DNA from: Tubulanus polymorphus
Taxonomy: Eukaryota > Animalia > Nemertea
NCBI RefSeq assembly: GCF_964204645.1
Contig: NC_134028.1
Location: 18,917,653-18,981,652 of the forward strand
Direction: 5' to 3'
DNA length: 64,000 bases
The position numbers were made by a program, and so were the translations under genes. The number at the start of each line of letters is the position of its first letter. Position 1 is the stretch's first letter. The notes beneath the pieces were generated by a model that ran no database searches, was not told where the DNA came from, and saw only the letters and a list, made by a program, of their open reading frames with translations. Shown here in pieces: positions 1 through 31,727 of this stretch.

Positions 1-380
1 TTTCAATCTCATCCTAGAAATCATCGTCAGGTGTGAGATTATCACTAAAAACAGAGGGTAGGCCTATATATAAAGAGGAGAACAGGTTACCTGAGAAAAA
101 TAGTGAGTAAGTAATTAGTGTTTGGCAAGGCATGAAGTAATATACTTAGAAAGAATGGAATTGTGCGGAGAAAAACCATATTTGAATTGGTACTTATCTA
201 ATATTGGTGCTATAAGACGATGATCTCTAGGGTGAGATCGAAACGTCATGTAGGCCTAATTTACATTTTAGATTTTTTGAATAAATAAATTCTCGATTTA
301 GAAATTCTTTTGATTTGTACATAGTGGGTTTTTATCTTATTATCCGTTCACCACGTTTGAGTGTGGTAATCGTAATTAGA
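1..380. mobile_element. Penelope-like element terminal remnant with two inverted hammerhead-like motifs
   Basis: The minus strand at 1-31 reads CTGACGA-TGATTTCTAGGATGAGATT-GAAA. The plus strand at 214-247 reads AAGACGA-TGATCTCTAGGGTGAGATC-GAAACGTC, with stem GATCTC/GAGATC. Confidence 0.5.
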
Positions 381-1511
381 AATTGTTCTATCCATAGATC
401 CATTATAAAATACTTAAAACTCTCTTTAATGGAGATTTCGCTATTTTAGTTTACTTTCTTATAATGTTTGACTGTCTCTTTTGAAATTCCATAAAACGCC
501 TTATTTGATTTTACATGATTTTACTGCCATTCTAACTATGGAGACAGAGTGTCTGTGTTATTTTTCGGGACATTTTAAAATAGTTATGGGAGACTTCATT
601 CCTTTTAGCCTACATACCTATTTCTTTGCTGTCAGATAATGCTTATTTTTTACTCTACTAAAACCTACATTTTTCGAGTAACTTCATCAAGTAGTACAAG
701 CGGTAACACATTTGCTGTCCATGATTTGGCGCAGTGGATCACCTACTCACGCAGGGAATCAGGTGCTGTGGATCCCAATCGGATATTGGGGACAACATCC
801 TTAGGCGCTATGGATTGGGTTGCAAAGGGGGAAAAGTAGGGCCTATATTCTGTTTTCCTAGTGTCCATGGCAAACATTATTGTAAAAATATTTCATTATT
901 GTAAAAACATTGAAAAGAAATGCTATGGATCTCTATCCATTGCCAGGATGCAGCTGCTAATTATTGCTCGTCTCCTCGTCAATATGATTATTGACTGGGT
1001 TTGAGGCAGATATAATTACTTATGGCAACAAGGCCAACACAACATTTTGGATCGACAAAATGGGTCCCAAATTATGAATGTTTAATCACAGCGCTTTACC
1101 AAAAAAAACTATAAAAACATAAGAATCAAAAGTAATTTGTTTTGATTCTCCAGACCTCCCTGATTAATAGTATGCAGAAGTGAAATTATTTTTGGAGGGG
1201 GTATGAAAGTGTAATAGTAGTGTTGTAGTCTGAGCCCTAATTCTAACCCTCTGGACCCTTTGCTCACCTCAACATGGTTCTCGCACTAAGCCTTATAATT
1301 GTTATTCATCCAGCTTTAAGTGATATTATGGTTGACACAAAATTCTAATCAAACATGAAATTTATGTCGAGTGTTATCCTTAGCAAACAGGGAAAAAATG
1401 TCATGATTCATCTGTAGAATTGGTCCACCTTTAGACATCAAGTTCATTTTTAGGGGCTTTTAATGTTTAAATAAGATGGTTCATGACACATGATTGATTT
1501 CATATTTGTAG

Positions 1512-20302
<18,791 letters not shown>

Positions 20303-21139
20303 ATTTTAGTTGCCATGTGGTGCCATTTTTCGAGATGCTAAACATTACTACCAACTCTTGCGTAAATGGAATCTGACCGTCTATTCATCATGGTGCACGT
20401 ACTCAACAGAAAATTGAGTTCATTCCAGACAAGGTGAGGTTCAAGATTAATCACTATCAAACTACTTTCGTCTGAGGCGAGCAGTTCTGTGGCTGCCATC
20501 ACATGAATTGCTCTTTCCGGGATATATATGTACCAGTATATATACGTACATGTATACGTGTGATTAATCTTGGAGTAATCATTTGAAATGATAACTCCAA
20601 GGATTAATCAAAGCGATCAAATACGTAGAGTAACCACCTGTGAAATGATTATTCCAAGTTGGAATCTACTGTAACCTCTTTGAGAAAACATGTATCGGGA
20701 CCACTGTTAAGAATATTTTTGCTGAGAATGAATTTAATTACCGGTACGCATTTTAAAAGTTGGCTTTGCTTAAGAAATTAGTGTGATATGCCCTAAAGAG
20801 ACATTCATTAAATACGCCTCAAGCAAGATTTTATTAGGCCATAAAAACCCCCTTAATCCGTTTCAGTTTGATACAGATTATTTCTTCTAAGCCTGTATTT
20901 TTGCTCCACCTTTAGATAAATCTTGCCAATGAAAATTATGATGTTTTCTCATCCCAGGGACAATTCTATCCACCCTAAATCATGGGCAGCGACAGGGTGA
21001 CTTCTGCCCATAGTACTAAAAAAAAGAGCACCAAAAACACTATTCCCCATTCCTTAACTGACGCAGTCGAACAGTAGGTTCCTGGTATTATGCATCCTCC
21101 CTCGGCATGGATTTGAACCTGATGGCATCGCTACACTCA

Positions 21140-21390
21140 GCCATGGCACGAACCCCTACCACAATAGTCCAATGCGCAGGTACATGCGCGGCCTTGCCGC
21201 ACGAAAACTTGCGGCACCAATCAGATTGCTTGTTGTGTAATCGCTTAGGTAGATTTCACGGAAGAACTATAAATGGGAAAACCCGGGCTAAAGTAAAACA
21301 GGATTTTTGATTGGCGAATATCTTGACATCATCTAAGCTGGGCATGTAGCTGCGCACTCGGTCTAGTGTGGCAGGGTTTCGTACCGTGGC
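21140..21390. mobile_element. Fold-back MITE-like element in the putative IRE1 3' UTR
   Basis: Imperfect inverted ends of about 50 bp: GCCATGGCACGAACCCCTACCACAATAG...TGCGCAGGTACATGC versus GCATGTAGCTGCGCA...CTAGTGTGGCAGGGTTTCGTACCGTGGC. No clear TSD. Confidence 0.55.
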
Positions 21391-22233
21391 AATCTCGACG
21401 CCTAAACTAACCTACACCAGGTAGAAAACATTTTGTATTCGATAAGAAAAAGGCCCTCAATATCTTAACCGTAGTATGTACTACCTTAACTACAATCAGG
21501 ATCTGTCTCTGCTAATGATGCAAATTGAGCAGGTTTTACTGTTTTTTTTAAATGTTTATCAGCTGTAAATGAAAACAATTGCATTTACATACTCACTTTA
21601 GACAGATAGATGGTAGTGCATTAAATCATAGATGGAGGTGTTTGGGGTTTTTATTTTTTTCATGGTCCTGACTAGGACGTTCAAAAAAGAAGGGGTTAGG
21701 AAGGGAGTATTGCCCAAAATGTTAATTTTTAGGTAATTGTAGTATTTATTATATTTTTTTGTAATTCTGTGTCTATCTTGTCTTGCATTTTGTTTGTATT
21801 TTTCTATTCATTAATGAGCACGTTTTGTATGCCAGGTTTTGCTTTGATGTTGTCATCAATGATGATAAGTTCAACACAGTTGTTACAAACCCTGCCACCA
21901 GAGTGTCAAGTCTGTCATGATGGCAACCCTTGCAGGTACCTATGCCAAGGACACAGCAGAAGCAGCATCAAGGGTACCTGTATTTCATAAAAAGGGGAAC
22001 AGTCCTTTTCTTGTATACTTTTACAGTGTTAGGTAAAGGAAGCATGATCATGCTGCCATCCATGAATCCTCAGAATATTATGTGCAGCACAAGTAAGTGA
22101 TGGAAAGTGCCCCTCTTAAAGTGTCCTATTGAATTTCTGTCTATGCATTAACAACTTCAAAAAAGATTTCTGCCGGTAAGACCATGAATAACAGGTTTAT
22201 ATAACATATCAAGTGTAGGTGGCTAAGTATAAT

Positions 22234-22273
22234 TATGGACGTATAAACTAGAGTTCTAGTTTATACGTCCATG
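22234..22273. mobile_element. 40-bp palindrome of the same family with 7-bp TSD
   Basis: GTATAAT|TATGGACGTATAAACTAG-AGTT-CTAGTTTATACGTCCATG|GTATAAT. Confidence 0.8.
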
Positions 22274-22877
22274 GTATAATGCGTGAGGACCTATTAGATA
22301 CATGGTGGCCTGTGCAGAATATAAGGTGCCACTCTAAAATCCGGAATACAGTAGGAAATTGGTCCTGGATCTGCTCAATAACCAATATAAATACATGTAT
22401 GATTATCTATGACTATCCAGGCAGTTGAGGATTTGAATTGGAAACCAATCACTTGTTGTTTAAGCGGCAGAAAAAAGCATTTCCAGATATCTAATTTTCC
22501 AAATGGTCTTTACACTATGCAATTCATCTTGGGGGCCGGTGTTGCAGTCCATAGTCAGCCTCGCCTCACTTATCTTACATGAAGTACCGTACATGTACAT
22601 TGTAATAAGAATGAGCTCTATTTCTTAAAGCCTCAATTTTCAATTCGACAAGGTTTGAATAACTTAATTTTATGACAGGGTTTGAGCGGAGCCTGACTAT
22701 ATTCACAAGATAGCCTAGCTTGTTGAAAGCGTTGTTCATCAGTGCCATTTTTGGAAGAATTAATTGAAGGATTACTATAGATAGTAGATACAGCCATTAT
22801 ACATTAGACACGTCAATAGTCTCAGATCTAGCAGGACCAAGGAATCTTCTCTGGAGGTTTCTCAGAGGCAGTCCAAG

Positions 22878-22899
22878 CATGGACCCTGTAGAGTCCATG
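22878..22899. mobile_element. 22-bp CATGGAC...GTCCATG micro-insert with 7-bp TSD
   Basis: GTCCAAG|CATGGAC-CCTGTAGA-GTCCATG|GTCCAAG. Confidence 0.7.
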
Positions 22900-23447
22900 G
22901 TCCAAGCAACAATGCACAGTCGCTACATGAATTGGAGTAAGGAAATTAAAAACATTTTGTTTAAGGTTATCCGCTCCATGGCACGCAATCTATTATGAAA
23001 AGGTTTATGTTGCCATTTGCCTTAAGTATAGATTGAAGACCGTATATTTGTTATGTCGGCCTAAGTAAAGAGGCATCAGGAAGACAGTACGTGTGCAAGA
23101 GAGGAGGGTTTATAAAAATCAAGATCATATGCATACATAAGAAATGAATGATCGCAGATTGCTTTTTCAGGTCAGCTGCCATTAATGTATATATGTACTA
23201 GTATAAATTAAAGGTGTCCCTTGTTTTTTTTTCTGTCAAAACCAACACGTTGACATAATCACTATAATTGATTCAACAAAAAGAAACTTGTTAATCTAGA
23301 AATGATGATCATGATTGTAAATAATTTGTTGTAAATATATCGTGGTATTGTATGTGCATGGAAGTCACTAAAATTGATTCTGGTGTATTTGTAACGTAAA
23401 TTTGAAATATTTTTAAAATGTTTTGCCAGATAGTATATTTATATGAA

Positions 23448-23453
23448 AATAAA
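23448..23453 (+). terminator. Candidate IRE1 polyadenylation signal, implying a 3' UTR of about 3.1 kb
   Basis: AATAAA followed by a GT/T-rich tract, after a long AU-rich stretch downstream of the stop at 20302. A second AATAAA lies near 23494. Confidence 0.35.
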
Positions 23454-23704
23454 TGTGAATGTGATATTGGTTTTTAGTTTGTTATTGATCCTCAATAAAA
23501 CGAATTTCAGGGGATCAGAAATCTATTCATTAGGGCTGTCGTGAAATATGTTTATTTCTGACAAAATCTTAGTTTGTTATATCCCGAGTTTATTAGCATC
23601 CGCAAAATCATCCTTGTATGCTATCTGGACTTAATACGACTGCCGCAAGATTCTACAAAATTATTCCTATTGGACGTAAATGTTTTTGTATTAATTCCAA
23701 CCAG

Positions 23705-23820
23705 ACTTTACATTGAAGCGTCTTTAAAACTTCCCAAAATAACTAGATTCCGTCTACGAACGACAAGCAAACGGAAAGTGAACGCAATAGCCCGCTGGGA
23801 CTAAAGCCAAGTGGGCTAAA
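23705..23820 (-). mobile_element. Truncated 5' fragment of the same HINE family
   Basis: ACATTGAAGCGTCTTTAAAACTTCCCAAAATAAC...GTGAACGCAATAGCCCGCTGGGACTAAAGCCAAGTGGGCTAA matches 26620-26730. Confidence 0.7.
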
Positions 23821-23902
23821 GATCCATAGGTTGACGACCTGCAGGCCGTGAGGAACCAACGAAAAGAATACGTTTTTAAGAGTTCCAAACTGTAAATTTC
23901 GC

Positions 23903-25180
23903 TTTTTAGCCCACTTGGGACTTTAGTCCCAGCGGGCTATTGCGTTCACTTTTCGTCCGTCCGTCCGTCCAATCGTCCGTCCGTCCGTAGACGGAATCCA
24001 GTTATTTTGGGAAGTTTTGAAGACGCTTCAAGGTAATGATCTTGATATTTGGTTTATACATGTATCTACCCTAGACACATCTTCAGCCAAAAACTGGCCC
24101 TGTCAGATTCAAGATGGCCGACTGGTAGCCATTGTTGTTCGCCAAAATCGGCACTTTTTACACATTTTCGAAGATTACGAGAGAAATTTTGAAGACGCTT
24201 TGATCAATTACCTTGATCTTTCGATTATATTTGAATCTACCAAGGGCCCATCAGCATAAGAAAAATTGGGTCCATATGACTCAAGATGGCCGTCCTATGA
24301 CCTTTTTAGTGCCCAAAAATGTCAAATTTGGCCAGAATTCTAGGTCCTGTAGCTTCCTACTGGTTTGCCATTTCTCATTGCAATTTGTGATGGGTATTCT
24401 TTGTAAAGGGATGTTTTATACCTGAGACAGGTATTTTTGATCCGCCAATTATGATGCAATTGGCGGCCATCTTGGTGTCATTAGTACTTATTTGTAGGTG
24501 GGAAAAAGTTTTTCGACATTATATTGATACCTAAGCATATTTTGCTACAACAATGAATTAGAAAGTTGTAGCGTATAACGTGTTCTATGATTGGGGTGAG
24601 TTTCAAGTTCATTGTTTTTTGTATATGGCCACCAGGGGGCGTTGAATAATACAATATCTTAGTATTTCTATATTATATTTGTACCAATACATATTTTGTT
24701 ACCGCAATCAATTGCAAAGTTGTAGCTCATGACATCTTCCATGATTATGGTGAGTTTTAAGGACATTAGTTAATGTATATGGTCACAAGGGGGCGTTGAA
24801 TAGTAGAATAACCTGGTATTTCCTTATTATATTGGTACCTAGGCATATTTTGTTACCATCATCAATTGCAAAGTTGTAGTTCATGACATGTTCTATGAAT
24901 ATGGTGAGTTACAAGGTTATTGGGTTTTGAATATGGTCACCAGGGGCGTTGAATAGTAGAATAACTTAGTATTTCCATATTAAATTGTCAACGAGGCATT
25001 GTTTGTTATCACAATCAATTACAAAATCGTAGCTGCTGACATGTTTTATGATTGTATTGAGTTTCAAGGTCATTGGTTTTTGTATATGGTCACCAGAGGG
25101 CGTTGAATATTGAAATTGTTAGATTGTTGAGCATTTGAAACCACTTCCCAGGTGGGCATGGTGTCCCTGGACCCCTTGTT
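23903..25180 (+). mobile_element. Helentron-associated non-autonomous element (HINE/DINE-like) with an internal ~154-bp tandem array
   Basis: 5' hairpin TTTTAGCCCACTTGGGACTTTAGTCCCAGCGGGCT, then a (CGTC)n microsatellite. About 4 units carry TATGGYCACCAGGGGGCGTTGAATA (near 24624, 24778, 24933, 25086). The 3' end has GTGGGC plus a GTCCCTGGAC stem-loop ending in TTGTTT. Confidence 0.8.
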
Positions 25181-25187
25181 TTTGGTA

Positions 25188-26967
25188 CATGGTTCCTACA
25201 GATTGGACTTTCCAGAATTTAAGGGGTTTTTAGGGAATGTTTACCAAAATTTCAGAGGTCAAGTATCCAAGCTGAGTGCTTATCTATTGTGTCTGGTCCC
25301 ATTTGGGCCAAATTTATACCATTCTAATTAATGTTGTGTGAACGCACCTATTTAGACTGACCTAAAAGAGCGAATCATGTCTGTTCCAAATTTTGGGGCG
25401 GACTAAATCTATGGTTGGAGAGAAACTTGTAAATTTCTATTGACCAGCGCTATAGTTGAAAAAAGTTGGTAAAACACCTCCGACTGTCTAATCATTTAAA
25501 AGCTTTGCCTTCAGATGGAACTATTTCCGCCTTATCACAGGTGCACTCTGTCGCCGTGATTCGCCCATTCAACGATAAAAACTTTCCCACGGTCTTACTA
25601 TCGGCATTTTCTAATAATTTGGGGAAATATTTAAAACTAGGGGTCCAGGGACACCATGCCCACTTGGGAAGTGGTTTCAAATGCTCAACAATCTAACAAT
25701 TTTAATTTTCAACGCCCCCTGGTGGCTATATAAAAAAACCAATGACCTTGAAACCCACTACAATCATAGAACATGTCAGCAGCTACGATTTTGTAATTTA
25801 TTGTGATAACAAAATATGCCTCGTTACCAATTTAATATGGAAATACTAAGTTACTTTACTATTCAACGCCCCCTGGTGACCATATAGAATAACTAATGTC
25901 CATAAAACTCACCACGATCATAGACGATGTCATGAGCTACAACTTGATTGCGGTAACAAAATATGCATAGGTACAAATATAATATAAAAATACTAAGTTA
26001 TTGTATTATTCAACGCCCCCTGGTGGCCATATACAAAAACCAATGACATTGAAACTCACTAAAATCATAGAACACATTATGGGCTACAACTTTCAATTGA
26101 TTGTAGTAACACAATATGCTTAGGTATCAATATAATGTGGAAAAACTTTTTCCCACCTACCAATGAGTACTGATGACACCAAGATGGCCGCCAATTGCGT
26201 CATAATTGGCTGATCAAAAATACCTGTGTCAGGTATGAAACATCCCTTTCCAATGAATACCCATAACAAATTGCAATGAGAAATGGCAAACCAGTAGGAA
26301 GCTACAGGACCCAGAATTCCGGCAAAAATTGACATTTTTGGTCACTAAAAAGGTCATAGGACGACCATTTTGAGTCTGATCGACCCAAATTTTCCTTATG
26401 CTGATTGGCCCTTGGAGGATTCAAATATATACAAAAGATCAAGGTAATTAATCAAAGCGTCTTCAAAATTTCCCTCAAAAAGTTCAAAAATGTGTAAAAA
26501 GTGCTGATTTTGGCGAACAACAATGGCTGCTAGTCGGCCATCTTGATTCTGACAGGGCCAGTTTTTGGGCTGAAGATGTGTCTAGGGAAGATACATGTGT
26601 AACCCAAATATCAAGACATTACATTGAAGCGTCTTCAAAACTTCCCAAAATAACTGGATTCCGTCTACGGACGACGGACGAAAAGTGAACGCAATAGCCC
26701 CCTGGGACCAAAGTCCCAAGTGGGCTAAAAAGCGAAATTTCACACTGTGCATTAATAAGATTAGAGTATTTATTCGTTTGACAAATCTTCCGATGAACTC
26801 CCACCAACAAGTTATAAGTGGCGACACGAAAATGACGTCATCGACTCACTACTATCTTATAACCTTTACTACGGTATTTTAGGGGTCTGAGGTATCAAAG
26901 CCAGAATTTTAGGGTATTTCTCCCCTAAAAAAGGAATCCCAGAATTTTAGGGGCTGTAGGAACCATG
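25188..26967. mobile_element. Non-autonomous DNA transposon with 14-bp TIRs and 5-bp TSD, hosting HINE copy 2
   Basis: TGGTA|CATGGTTCCTACAG ... CTGTAGGAACCATG|TGGTA, with subterminal CCAGAATTTWAGGG repeats near both ends. Confidence 0.65.
25635..26731 (-). mobile_element. Second HINE copy, inverted, with about 3 internal repeat units
   Basis: Reverse complement of 23903-25180 along its length, with one fewer tandem unit. Confidence 0.8.
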
Positions 26968-27572
26968 TGGTATATCGGAGAGTCTTAGACTGGACATCCA
27001 ACCCGCCAAAAAGCTACAACCCGAATCTCCTTTTCTCTTGCTCTCTGTTCTACTTCCACAACCACAGTGGTCGTTTCCGGATCGACAATCGGAGCGAAAC
27101 GCCGTACAGCCGGGTTTCATTATACTAACCCGCTACGTAACTTGAATTGAATTTTTAACCAATTTATCACTTTCTGCCTCGTGCGAGGGTTCGAATCCTT
27201 TAAACTATATGTTAAGACTGTAAGGCTAAAAAAAAATGTTACTTGTTTCTCCGCAGCGGCCGGGTCATTTTTGTAAAATATGATAAAATTTGTAAACAGT
27301 TCATTTCCATAGCGGCCGGTTCTGTTATGGTAAAATTGATCACGGCAGGGCCGTATTCAGGGGGGTGCGACGGGTGCGAACGCACCTACCCGCAAAAGTT
27401 CGAGTTCCGCTTAATTTCCTGTCCTCGAAAAATGTTACTTCATATTTTCCATGTGTTATGTGTTGTTTATATGTCTTACACTTTATGTGATTGGTATCCT
27501 GTGGTTTTGTCAATAAACAGGCATGTTGCTATCCCAATCTGGCCCACCTATCATCAGTAGTATGCGAGCATT

Positions 27573-28661
27573 GGCGGCCATCCCCGCCAAACTGACGTTT
27601 AAGTCATCACGTGAAGGATAAACTCATAACATGAAGGATAATGTCATGACGTGAAGGACCAACTCCCGTCATCAAGGATAAACCTATTATGTCACCAGAT
27701 GGCGTGCCAGTCGGTCGAAATAAATTTTGTTGTGCGCAGGCGTCATGACATGTGAACTTTAATGACTCCAGCGTCACTGTAGTTTCTATTAGGTTCGAAT
27801 CCCACAAAATATCTATCCTTATTTCAAATTGATGACCACAATGTCGCTGATATATTCTATTAGCAGTGCTATTAATCCCAAAAATTATTCATAGATGTGA
27901 GTCTCGATTTGACTCTGTTTTGCTCACAACTGCGGACGGACCAGGATCAGGCATTCCTCGTTTTTGTCAATAATTGCTTAAGAAGATCTTTCGTATTTTT
28001 GGATAACGGGTTATATCTTGCAGTAAGCTTAAATTTGAGATGTATAGCGGTGTAAGAATAAATCCTAATATATATATTTTAATTAAATTAATAATTTCTA
28101 TTACACAATTTCGGGATTCGAACCTAATAGCACATACAAATAGATACTGGGGCCTTCGAAGTTTATCATTTCATACTTGAGATAAGAAAACTTTTACGCG
28201 GCAAACAAAGTAAACCATCGATACTTCATAATTTGCGGGATTCGTAAATATTGAAAAAACATACACTGCGGTGGCGCCAGCGGACGGACACCCGTACTGT
28301 AAATAAGTCGTATCTCGTATGTCATATGTCGTATCTCGTATGTTGCATCTCATATCTCGTATGTTATATCTCATATCTTGTATGTCGTCTGAGGTCTTCC
28401 ATAGATTCGAACCTAATACGCAGAAACTTATTCAAGTTACCATATCATGACGCCTGCGCACAACTGAACTTATTTCTGATCGACTGGAACTCCATCTGGT
28501 GACATGATAGGTTTATCCTTGATGACGTGAGTTGATCCTTCACGTCATGACATTATCCTTCACGTTATGAGTTAATCCTTCACGTTACTACATTATACTT
28601 CACGTTATAGGTTTATCCTTCACGTGATGACTTAAGCGTCTGTTTGGTGGGGATGGCCGCC
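27573..28661. mobile_element. Long-TIR fold-back element nested in the hAT
   Basis: Inverted arms of about 230 bp begin GGCGGCCATCCCC(G/A)CCAAAC and contain ~19-bp GTGAAGGATAA subrepeats. The interior has a 14-bp ATATCTCGTATGTY tandem at about 28308-28390. Confidence 0.75.
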
Positions 28662-29019
28662 CTTATATGGATATGGGGTTTATGTAATGCAATGGGTGCA
28701 AGAATATATATCAGATGTCTGTATCTATGGTGCTGTAAAAATACCGGTAGGCAACTTCATTTGAGGATTCGAGCCAGCAGCTACGCACCAATACCACATA
28801 GAACAGAGCGCGCTTTTTACTTTTGATCATGGGCCGCCCAGAGCAGAGAGAACGCGAGAACGGAAACGTGCTGCTAATGAATGTAAAAAGATAGACTATT
28901 TTTTGCGAAAAAGAAAGTAAGTAGCTTGAAATTATGAATACGTGCGAGTTTGCCTCAAGTGAATCATTTCGTGACATTTTGGGCCAAGATACAGATTTAA
29001 TGTTTTTCCTTTTTTACAG

Positions 29020-30907
29020 AAAGCACTGTGATACCAGAAAATTGTGACTGCGGTTCGGAGAATGATGAGACACAACCGAAAAGCTCACTTTCTAATCATC
29101 GCACTAGAAATTTTGGTAAGTAATAATGACCTCTTATTTTAGGCATGTAATTTCTCTTTACACCAGTCAAAACAGTTTGTATTTTCGTTTATACGAAAAA
29201 AATCGTTGCAATTCATTTTTGCGGAAAACACCACAGAGCCAGAAAAAAGTGACGGCCATATACAGAACGAGAAAGAATCCGATATTGCACTTGCTAATCC
29301 AGTTGAAATATGTGGTAAGCAACACAAAATTTGCAAGCCGCAATTAAAATCGGAAAACGCGAGGACAGTTAGTGAATCGTACATTTTCTAAATGGTACAA
29401 AACGGGTGAGATTTGTTTAGAACATGCTCTGTCGCCATATCATAACAGCTCTGTAATTGAAGGTGAGAATTTTGTCAGTACTAAGGAGAACCTGGGCATC
29501 GGAATTGATATGAAATTAGATTCGCTAACTAAGCAACAGGTGGATAAGAATACAAAGATGCTTTATTCGATTGTCGACTGCATATTGTCCTGTGCAAAAC
29601 AGGGAATTGCATTGCGGTCATCAAATGAGAAACATGAAAATGTCGTTGCAGGTAGTTATGGAAATCCTGGGAATTTCCTCGCACTCGTAAAACTGATGAG
29701 TTCCAGAGACCCTGTATTGCAAGAGCATTTTCAAAAAACCCGAATGAAGAATGCAACCTATCTATCACCTATTATTCAGAATGAACTTATTCATATAATC
29801 GGCTCTATAATACAAGAAAGAATTTCCAAGAAAGTCAAAGATGCGCAGTTTTTTACAATTCTGCAGCCATAACCACATTTGACTTCATTGTAACCTTCCT
29901 TACTGTATATCAGTATTTTTCCCACCTTGCAGGAGTTACAATACAATTACAAAGTTCCACGCTAGATATCCTAGACGCTTTCCACGAGGTAAAGAATTTA
30001 ATGCGAATGCAACCACTGGAGCCTCCATTTCAAATACGAATATTGTAATTAAAAATAGCATTGTTTTGAATTTTGCAGATCGAAGACGTAAAGTCAACCT
30101 ACAAGCTATTGAGGGAAAGAATAGAATCGGATTACAAATGTGTTATCAATCAAGCAAAAGTAATGGCAGATAAAGTCGGCGCGGCAATCGAGAAACCCAG
30201 ATCAGCTACACGACAAATAAATAAATCGAATGCACCGGCAGAAACTGTCGAAGAGTATTATCTTCGAAATCTTGCAATCCCACTTTTAGATCATATCACC
30301 TCGGAATTCGATATTCAGTTTACAGGTAAATATTATATAGATTTATATCAAAAAGCCTACACTAATTCGTACCGGGGTATATGAAATTGTTTTTCACAAT
30401 TTGTTTGCTTAATAATTTTTCAGAAGTCTCGAAAAAACATCAAGGTTACTGTTGTTGACACCCTCAGCACTCCGTCACCATAAAGAAATCGATTACTTGC
30501 CTAAACTTGAGGAGACAATAAAATGTTATTACTCGGATATGCCAGTACCAGATGAAATAAGGCAGGAACTTACGCGCTGGCGGTTGAAATTTCTGTCAAA
30601 AGAAAAGCCGGCAACAATTGCTAGCTCGCTTAAACTGTGCGATGAGGCTATGTATCCAAACATTGCAGTTCTTTTGAGAATAGCAGCAACACTTCCCGTT
30701 ACGAGTTGTGAATGTGAGCGAAGTGCCAGCTCGCTTCGGAGACTGCACAATTATATGCGCGCCTCAATGGCCCAGTCGCGCCTGTCGGCTTTGGCACTAG
30801 CTCACATTCACTATGATTTTGTGTTTGATAGAGATGAGATTGTGAAAAGATTTATCTGTCTTCACCCCAGGAGGATGAAGTTTGCATATATCCTTCTGGA
30901 CGATTAA
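29020..30907 (+). pseudogene. Intron-containing hAT transposase remnant (DUF4371 region and C-terminal dimerisation domain)
   Basis: CAKQGIALRS, NPGNFLAL, NATYLSPIIQNELI and FFTIL are followed directly by TFDFIVTFL...LQSSTLDI. Later exons give EEYYLRNLAIPLLDHI and YPNIAVLLRIAATLPVTSCECERSASSLRRLHNYMRASMAQSRLSALALAHIH. Introns at about 29988-30078 and 30326-30423. Confidence 0.85.
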
Positions 30908-31727
30908 TTTCCTGTTTCATCATGGGATGTTTCTCCTCAAATACAAATGATTTTGAAAAAAATAAATGTTATATCAGTCATGAATTTTCTATATGAGTTT
31001 TAAGTTTTTGAATTGCACAGATAAGTTTTCTGTGGGTTTTGAATTGCACAGATAAGTTTTCTGTAGGTTGGAAGCATTCAATGATTACATGAACTGATGA
31101 TCATTAAATCAAATTTTCATATCTGATTATATAAAATTATTCAGATTCTGCCGTATTTATGATGGAAAACGTCAGAAAAGAAAGATAGCCAGAAAGCCCT
31201 CAGAATACACCTCAGAGTACCTTAAATGAAAAAATGTTCTGGGGGAGGACCCCCAGACCCCTCTCATTGGCTTCGCGCCTGCGGCGCTTGCGGCGGTGTA
31301 TTTAGTTCCACTTTGGTATAAATTCGCACCTACCCATATAAAGTGCTGCATACGGCCCTGTCACGATTTAAAAATAAATTACCCATGGGCAAAGTGTGGT
31401 TTACCTTGAAAGCTAGAGGTTGTTTGGAGTAAGGGCATTGCTTGAAAAAATCTTTTTAATTCGTGACTTCAAAGTTCTAGAAGTTTATATTGTATTTTAT
31501 CTTTCTTAAAGAATTATTTTGTAGTCAAATAAGACCAAAGATAAACATTTGTTTATGGTCTACGTCCAAAATTTCGAAGAGTACAGGTAGACGCGGCATT
31601 GGAAACTATTTTATATTTTAAAAAAAATAATTTCACAATATGAAAAAATATTCAAATAAAATTCATATGATGTCACATATCAGAGGGTGGCTTAATATTG
31701 AGTCTTGGAAACGAAACCTCTTCCAAT

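Larger units (their letters stand above)
27346..31360 (+). mobile_element. hAT transposon (THAP12/P52rIPK-like transposase), internally deleted
   Basis: TIRs CAGGGCCGTATTCAG / CTGCATACGGCCCTG. Flanks TCACGG / TCACGA form a 6-bp TSD with one mismatch. Subterminal CGCACCTACCC at both ends. Confidence 0.85.

Noticed and set aside
948-998. Possible IRE1 first exon MQLLIIARLLVNMIIDW ending at GT in phase 0
   Set aside because: The donor (GTTTGA) is weak and the peptide is a poor signal sequence. The true first exon may lie upstream of the window.
24520-25110. Regularly spaced repeats that resemble a CRISPR array, also at 60530-61140 and 53820-53910
   Set aside because: Whole units repeat with no unique spacers, the context is eukaryotic, and the arrays sit inside HINE or MULE elements.
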